Positions 52,247 to 57,595 of a DNA stretch of 57,595 nt are shown here, piece after piece. Numbering within the stretch: the stretch's first letter is position 1; the number at the start of each line of letters is the position of its first letter. The notes below the pieces were generated by a model. That model saw only the letters and a program-made list of their open reading frames with translations. It was not told where the DNA came from and did not search any database. The position numbers and the translations under genes are program-made. Origin of the DNA: an uncultured Hyphomicrobiaceae bacterium (GTDB taxonomy: Bacteria; Pseudomonadota; Alphaproteobacteria; Rhizobiales; Rhodomicrobiaceae); assembly GCA_964650735.1 (NCBI GenBank), contig CAZYUT010000001.1, positions 1 through 57,595 on the forward strand, in the 5' to 3' direction.

Positions 52247-53335
52247 TCAAGCCCCGGTTCCAGCGCCGCGCGCCCGCTGTGCGGCATCCTCAATCTCGGC
52301 GAAGAGCCGCATCAGCGTGACGCCGCGGTCCAGGTTGAGCGTCTCCGCTTCCCAGCGCAGACGCTTTCCTGTGTCCCACACCTCCATCCATCGCGCAAGG
52401 CTGTGGGGTGCGAACACGCCGGCGCGGTCGGGCGATCGCGCCGTTTGCCGGATTGCAGCGGCGAGCGCATCCCCAACAAGATCAAAAATGAGATCGTAAC
52501 CCAATCCGGACTTGGCATCGCCCGCTGCCGCGATCAACCGGAAGACATCGCGGTCATCGAAGCGCGGGAGGCGCTCGAAGATCTGGCGGATCAGGGCGTA
52601 GGCTTCTGCTCCGCCGCCTGAAATCAGCTCCAGCGCCCGGCGCGGCCGGCCATTGGCGGCGGCGAGGATCGGCTCCAGCGCATCTAGCTCCGGTACATCG
52701 ACGCCAGCCGCCGCACAGGCCGCTTCGATTGCCTTGCGCGTCTGCTCGCCGCTCAACGGACCAAGCCGCAGCCGCTCGCAGCGCGAGGCGATTGTCGGCA
52801 GCAGGCGGCCCGCGCTTGTGGCAATCAGGAAAAACAGAGTGCGCGGCGGCGGCTCCTCCAGCGACTTCAGCAGCGCATTCGCCGAACTGGCGTTCAGGTT
52901 GTCCGCGCTGTCCACGATCACCACGCGCCAGCCCTCGCCCGCCGTCGTTCCCAAAAACCGTTTCAGCCGTCGAACGTCATCGACCGCAATCTGCGTGCGC
53001 AGCTTTTTGGACTGCGGATTGACCGTCCGCCGCACGACCATGAGCCGGGGATGTGCCTGGGCCACGATCAGCCGCCGCGCCTGAGCGACCGTTTCGACGC
53101 CAAGCGCCAGCGCCTCGGCCGCGAAGTTATAAACCAGCGTGGCTTTGCCGATGCCTGGCGGCCCTGCAACGATCCAGCCATGCGCGATGCGCCCGCTCTC
53201 AAGCCTTTCGCTCAGCCGCGCGCGTTCATTCGCGTGCCCGACAAGGCCGGTGGTCTCGCGCGGATGCGGCCAGTCGCCGAGCCGGTCGGCTTCCAGCAGC
53301 GGCGCATCGGCGGTCTGTCGGAGGGCTCTGGCCAT
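52247..53335 (-). CDS. holB: DNA polymerase III delta-prime subunit
   Basis: GPPGIGKA, ANALLKSLEEPP, TIASRC; between tmk and metG. Confidence 0.92.
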   Translation of the reverse strand: MARALRQTADAPLLEADRLGDWPHPRETTGLVGHANERARLSERLESGRIAHGWIVAGPPGIGKATLVYNFAAEALALGVETVAQARRLIVAQAHPRLMVVRRTVNPQSKKLRTQIAVDDVRRLKRFLGTTAGEGWRVVIVDSADNLNASSANALLKSLEEPPPRTLFFLIATSAGRLLPTIASRCERLRLGPLSGEQTRKAIEAACAAAGVDVPELDALEPILAAANGRPRRALELISGGGAEAYALIRQIFERLPRFDDRDVFRLIAAAGDAKSGLGYDLIFDLVGDALAAAIRQTARSPDRAGVFAPHSLARWMEVWDTGKRLRWEAETLNLDRGVTLMRLFAEIEDAAQRARGAGTGA

Positions 53336-53338
53336 AAT

Positions 53339-53962
53339 TCAGGGGTTCAGGCGCTCCTCGACGATCTTCCAGATTTCCGCCTCAACCGAGTCCGGTTCGG
53401 CGGAGGCGTCAACGACCGCGCAGCGCCACGGCTCACATCGCGCAATGTTGAGGAATTCGGATCTCAGATTCTGGTGGAAAGCCAGCGGCATCTTCTCGTA
53501 CCGGTCTTTCTCGCTCTCTTTCAGCCGTTGGAGCGCCTGTTCCGGCGGCAGGTCGAGGATCAATGTGAGGTCCGGGCGCGTCGGCCAGACGATGGTGCGC
53601 TCGAGCGCCTCCAGGACCGACAGCGGCACCTCGCCGCCTGCGCCTTGGTAGGCGCGCGTCGAGTCGGAAAAGCGGTCGCAGACGACCCATTTGCCATCCT
53701 GGAGCGCAGGGCGAATGGTGATTTCGAGATGGGAATGGCGCGCGGCGTAGAACAGCGCGGCCTCGGCGAGCCCGCCGAACTGCTCGATCTTGCCGCACAG
53801 CAGCAGCTCGCGTATCTGCTCGGCCCGGGGCGACCCACCCGGCTCGCGCGTGAGCACGACCTTGTGACCACGCGCTTCAAGCCGGTCGCGCAGGCGCTTC
53901 GCCTGGGTGGACTTCCCGGCGCCCTCTCCGCCTTCCAGCGTGATGAATTTCCCTGCCGCCAA
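53339..53962 (-). CDS. tmk: Thymidylate kinase
   Basis: EGGEGAGKST, TREPGG, DRFSDST.AYQG; TTG start. Confidence 0.95.
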   Translation of the reverse strand: MAAGKFITLEGGEGAGKSTQAKRLRDRLEARGHKVVLTREPGGSPRAEQIRELLLCGKIEQFGGLAEAALFYAARHSHLEITIRPALQDGKWVVCDRFSDSTRAYQGAGGEVPLSVLEALERTIVWPTRPDLTLILDLPPEQALQRLKESEKDRYEKMPLAFHQNLRSEFLNIARCEPWRCAVVDASAEPDSVEAEIWKIVEERLNP

Positions 53963-54015
53963 ACCTGCCGTCCCGTGCCGCGCATGAGCCGGGCGCGCAC
54001 TGCCCGCAGCGGCCC

Positions 54016-55191
54016 TTATAGCAGCCAGCCAAAGGCCAGCATCAGGATAGTGTCGAACCCGCGTGAAATCACGCCGCCTTTGTCCACATTTTCGGCGGCA
54101 TACAGCGGTGCGCTGTTGCTAATGCCCTCGTCCGTGGTCACACGGATTTCCGCGACCCGCTCGCCTGCCTCGATCGGCGGGTAGAGCGGGCCGATATAGG
54201 CGATTTCAGCCGAGATGCGCTCGCGATCGGTCGTGCGCGGCAGCAGGATCAGCACATCCCCCTTGCCCTTGAGGTCAACGAAACGGCTCTCGCCGCCCCA
54301 CACCCGCGCCGTGCCAACAATCTCGCCAGCATCGAACAATTTAAATTCCTGGAAGCTGCGCAGGCCCCAGTTCAGCAGCCGGACCGCCTCATTCCGCCGC
54401 GCGCTGCGCGTCTCCAGCCCATTAACCACGGCAATCATACGCCGGCCATCGGCCTCGGCCGAGGCCACGATGCCATAGCCAGATTCACTCGTGTACCCCG
54501 TCTTCAGACCATCGGCCTGGTCCATGCGGACGAGTTGATTGCGATTATAAAAACGATGCCGTCGGTATTTGAACTCTGGCTCGGCAAAGTAGCCATAGTA
54601 TTGCGGGTATTCCTGGATGATGTGGCGCGACAGCTCGGCCAGATCGCGCGCTGACATATAGTGGTTAGGGTCGGGCAGGCCAGTGGAATTGATGAAATTG
54701 GAGTTTTCCAGCCCAAGTTCGTCGGCATAATCGTTCATCAGACGAGCAAAACCATCTTCCGAACCCGCCAGCCCTTCGGCAAGCACGATGCTTGCATCAT
54801 TGCCCGACTGGATGACGACGCCGCGAACCAGTTCCTCCACCGTCACCGACGAGTTGATCGGCGCGAACATGGCCGAGGTGCCGGATGGCGCGCCGCCCGT
54901 GCGCCAGGCGTTTTCGCTGACAACAAACTCGTCGTTGAGATCGAGGCGGCCTTCCTTCAGCGCCTTGAACACCACAGCGAGCGTCATGAGCTTGCTCATG
55001 CTCGCCGGCGGCATGCGCTCATCGCCGCGCTTGTTGTAGAGGACCGCGCCCGTGGCGTAATCCATCAGGAAGGCATAGGGCGCGTCGCTCTGGAACGCCG
55101 CGCGAGCCGGATCGGCCGCGAAAGCGGTCATCACAGCCAGAACCCCTGCCCCAATCGCCACGAAGATCTTGCGCAACGTCTTGCCCCGCAC
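54016..55191 (-). CDS. dacA: D-alanyl-D-alanine carboxypeptidase (PBP5/6 family)
   Basis: Signal peptide; SMSK, SGN, KTG motifs. Confidence 0.92.
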   Translation of the reverse strand: MRGKTLRKIFVAIGAGVLAVMTAFAADPARAAFQSDAPYAFLMDYATGAVLYNKRGDERMPPASMSKLMTLAVVFKALKEGRLDLNDEFVVSENAWRTGGAPSGTSAMFAPINSSVTVEELVRGVVIQSGNDASIVLAEGLAGSEDGFARLMNDYADELGLENSNFINSTGLPDPNHYMSARDLAELSRHIIQEYPQYYGYFAEPEFKYRRHRFYNRNQLVRMDQADGLKTGYTSESGYGIVASAEADGRRMIAVVNGLETRSARRNEAVRLLNWGLRSFQEFKLFDAGEIVGTARVWGGESRFVDLKGKGDVLILLPRTTDRERISAEIAYIGPLYPPIEAGERVAEIRVTTDEGISNSAPLYAAENVDKGGVISRGFDTILMLAFGWLL

Positions 55192-55260
55192 TCCAACGCC
55201 CCTGTCTCATAACGCACTCATGGGATGGAGACAGACTTAACACCAGCAGGCCAGCGAAAA

Positions 55261-55989
55261 TCAACCATCGCGCGGGGGTTCAGGGCGCGTCACGCGTTCC
55301 GGCTCAACTGCGCCAAAACGGGTCGGCTGGTCTGCATACCATGGTTGCGATGCAAGAAACGCTTGCTCGAAACTATCGTCGCCATCCAGCGGCGCTGGGC
55401 GCAGGAATTTGACGCGAACCGGTCCGGTCCCCTGTGCGTGGATGCCGAGCAGCTTTGCAGCGCGCCGCGACAGATCGATGATACGGTTGCGCGCGAACGG
55501 CCCGCGATCATTCACCCGCAGGATCAGCGAGCGCCCATTGCCCATATGCGTCACCTTGACATAGCTCGGCAGCGGCAGCGTGGGATGCGCCGCCGTAAGC
55601 GCGTCCATGTCATAAATCTCGCCATTCGCCGTCTTGCGGCCATGGAACATCTCGCCATACCAGGACGCGATCCCGGCTTGGTCGTAGTCCGGATCTTCGC
55701 GCGGCACGACAGTCTCGCCAGCCGCCACGTAAGGATCGCCGATCTTGCGCACGCCGCCGCCCTTGGGCACCGGCTCACCGAGGGCCACCACGCGCGGGCT
55801 GAGCTTTTGCGTTTCGTCCACCGGCGGGTTGCCGCTGAACACGCGCGCGCGCGCGGATTGCCGGCCGGTTTCCCCGCCGGAGCTCGCCAGGCTGAGCGAC
55901 ATCGCTGAGGGCTCAGGACCGGCGCAGCCAGCGAGCAACAAACCTGAAACCAAAAATGGAGCAGTACGCAGAACACCTGGAACACGCAT
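55261..55989 (-). CDS. rlpA: RlpA-family lytic transglycosylase lipoprotein without SPOR domain
   Basis: Lipobox LAGC, GIASWYG, TAAHPTLP, VNDRGP, IIDLS. Confidence 0.9.
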   Translation of the reverse strand: MRVPGVLRTAPFLVSGLLLAGCAGPEPSAMSLSLASSGGETGRQSARARVFSGNPPVDETQKLSPRVVALGEPVPKGGGVRKIGDPYVAAGETVVPREDPDYDQAGIASWYGEMFHGRKTANGEIYDMDALTAAHPTLPLPSYVKVTHMGNGRSLILRVNDRGPFARNRIIDLSRRAAKLLGIHAQGTGPVRVKFLRPAPLDGDDSFEQAFLASQPWYADQPTRFGAVEPERVTRPEPPRDG

Positions 55990-56216
55990 GAGAGCTTTCT
56001 CGACCAAGACCGAACCTGCTAGAGAGGGCGTGCCCCGAAATGGGCCGCGGTGGTAGGAATCTGTAACCAAACAACCTCAGCGTGCCGTAAAGCGCGCTCC
56101 GTCAATTTTAACGATCCGGAGACTTCGTGATTCGCGGGGCAAAGCTGTGGCCAGCTTCGGGCGGCTACAGAAATCTTGTCGCGGGCCCCACGAGATGGAC
56201 AAGAGGACGCCGACGG

Positions 56217-57455
56217 GTGGACAGACCCACAACCGAAGCCGGTGATGCGAAGCTCAAGCGCACCGTCACGCTGGTGCCGCTGACGCTGTACGGCATCGGC
56301 GTCATCGTCGGGGCCGGGATCTATGTGCTGATCGGGGAAACCGCGGCGCGCGCAGGGTTTTATACGCCACTGGCCTATCTTGCTGCGTCGATGCTCGTGG
56401 CGCTGACGGCTGCCTCCTACGCGGAGCTGTCAACCTCGTTTCCGGTCAGCGCGGCCGAGACCGCCTATATTCGCGCGGGCCTGCGCATCGAATCGCTTGC
56501 GACGCTTGCGGGTTTGCTGGTTTGCGCATCCGGCATCATCTCGTCCGCCACGCTGGTGCAGGGCGGCGCGGGCTATGCCTCATCGCTGACCGGCCTGCCG
56601 CCCCTGGCGCTGGCCGTCTTTTTCGCGCTGTTCCTCGGGGCGATCGTCGGGTTGGGGATCGAACTTTCCGTCGGCGTGATTGCCACGATCACTGTCGTCG
56701 AGGTCGGTGCGCTGGTCCTGATCGCCGGGCTGGGACTGGGGAACGTCGACGCCGTTCGAGCCGGGGTTGCCGCGCATTACACGCCGCTCGACATGAGCGC
56801 CGCCGTGGGCGTGATCTCCGGCGTGCTGCTCGCCTTCTTCGCCTTCATCGGCTTCGAGGACATGGTCAATATCTCGGAGGAGGTGAAACAGCCTGAGCGG
56901 ACAATGCCGCGCGCGATCGCGCTGGCGCTGCTTTGCGTCACGATCGTTTATATGGCCATCGCGCTGGTGGCGGTCATCTACGTCGATGCGGGCGAACTGG
57001 CCGGGTCGCGTGCGCCGCTGAGCCTCGTTTTCGAGCGGGTCACCGGCTTGCCGGGCGGGGCGATCAGCGTCATCGCGATATTCGCCGCGCTTGGCGGCGT
57101 GGTCGCGCAGATCGTCATGTCCACGCGCATTCTTTACGGGCTGGGGCAGATGGGCAAGCTGCCCAGCTGGTTCGGCGTCGTGCATGCGCGCACGCGCACG
57201 CCAATGAATGCGACGGTGCTTGTCGTCGCAATCATCGTGGTGCTGACCGTCCTGCTGCCGACGCGCGAACTCGCCGAGACGACTGCCGCGGGCACGCTCT
57301 TTGCGTTTTCCTTCGTGAATCTCTCGCTGTGGCGGATGAAGGGGCGGCCGGATTATCGCTCGGGCGGGTTCTCCGTGCCGCGCATCGTGCCGTTGCTCGG
57401 GGCCGTGCTCTCGATGTCGTTCTTGGTGAACGAGTTGGTCCGGCGCGCGTTTTAG
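56217..57455 (+). CDS. APC-family amino acid permease
   Basis: IVGAGIY, YAELS, FFAFIGFE, EEVKQPERTMPRAI; about 12 TM; GTG start after AGAGGA. Confidence 0.9.
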   Translation: MDRPTTEAGDAKLKRTVTLVPLTLYGIGVIVGAGIYVLIGETAARAGFYTPLAYLAASMLVALTAASYAELSTSFPVSAAETAYIRAGLRIESLATLAGLLVCASGIISSATLVQGGAGYASSLTGLPPLALAVFFALFLGAIVGLGIELSVGVIATITVVEVGALVLIAGLGLGNVDAVRAGVAAHYTPLDMSAAVGVISGVLLAFFAFIGFEDMVNISEEVKQPERTMPRAIALALLCVTIVYMAIALVAVIYVDAGELAGSRAPLSLVFERVTGLPGGAISVIAIFAALGGVVAQIVMSTRILYGLGQMGKLPSWFGVVHARTRTPMNATVLVVAIIVVLTVLLPTRELAETTAAGTLFAFSFVNLSLWRMKGRPDYRSGGFSVPRIVPLLGAVLSMSFLVNELVRRAF

Positions 57456-57595
57456 AGCACTTTCAGCAAAAGCCTGTCCCGGACTTGATCCGGGATGGGC
57501 ACCGGTTTTGCGTCCGGAGCCAAAGGCGGGCGCGAAGCGACGAAAGTGCGACAAAACAAGGACTTAGAGCCTGTTCAGCGATTCGGATTTCGTTG
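57452..57595. repeat. Palindromic intergenic mosaic repeat (RIME/Bru-RS-like) with a nested REP-like hairpin; truncated by the window end
   Basis: TTAGAGC direct repeats at 57452 and 57564; nested stems GCACTTTC/GAAAGTGC, GCAAAA/TTTTGC, TCCCGGA/TCCGGGA. Confidence 0.75.

Noticed and set aside
55990-56216. Possible tRNA or sRNA upstream of rlpA
   Set aside because: No cloverleaf, T-loop GTTCRA or CCA end is visible; only weak CtrA-like half-sites and a GANTC, too degenerate to call

Overview
This is a high-GC, densely coding stretch of alphaproteobacterial core chromosome. Gene content and order (pdh-lipA-ratA, cinA-ispDF, dusB-ntrBC-ntrYX-trkAH-hfq-hflX, pepA/lptFGD-surA-pdxA-rsmA, gmk-mltG-fabF-acpP-fabG-fabD, rpsF-rpsR-DUF2232-rplI-cfa-dnaB-alr-radA-cvpA-purF, metG-holB-tmk-dac-rlpA) point to a Hyphomicrobiales (Rhizobiales)-type organism; this is inference from synteny. 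I identified 52 CDS and saw no rRNA, tRNA, CRISPR array, transposase, integrase or prophage gene. The best candidate for an undescribed system lies inside the pyruvate dehydrogenase/lipoylation cluster: two tandem paralogous 3-TM membrane proteins of unknown function between pdhB and pdhC, plus a secreted-repeat beta-helix membrane protein between lpdA and lipA. Other points of interest: an EcfG-type (GGAAC-N17-CGTT) promoter ahead of cfa, a CtrA-like box ahead of mazG, a two-state rpsF leader, a structured purF leader, a PurF lacking most Fe-S ligands, an HflX lacking its C-terminal domain, and a nested palindromic repeat at the right edge. All calls were made by eye, with no database searches or folding runs.
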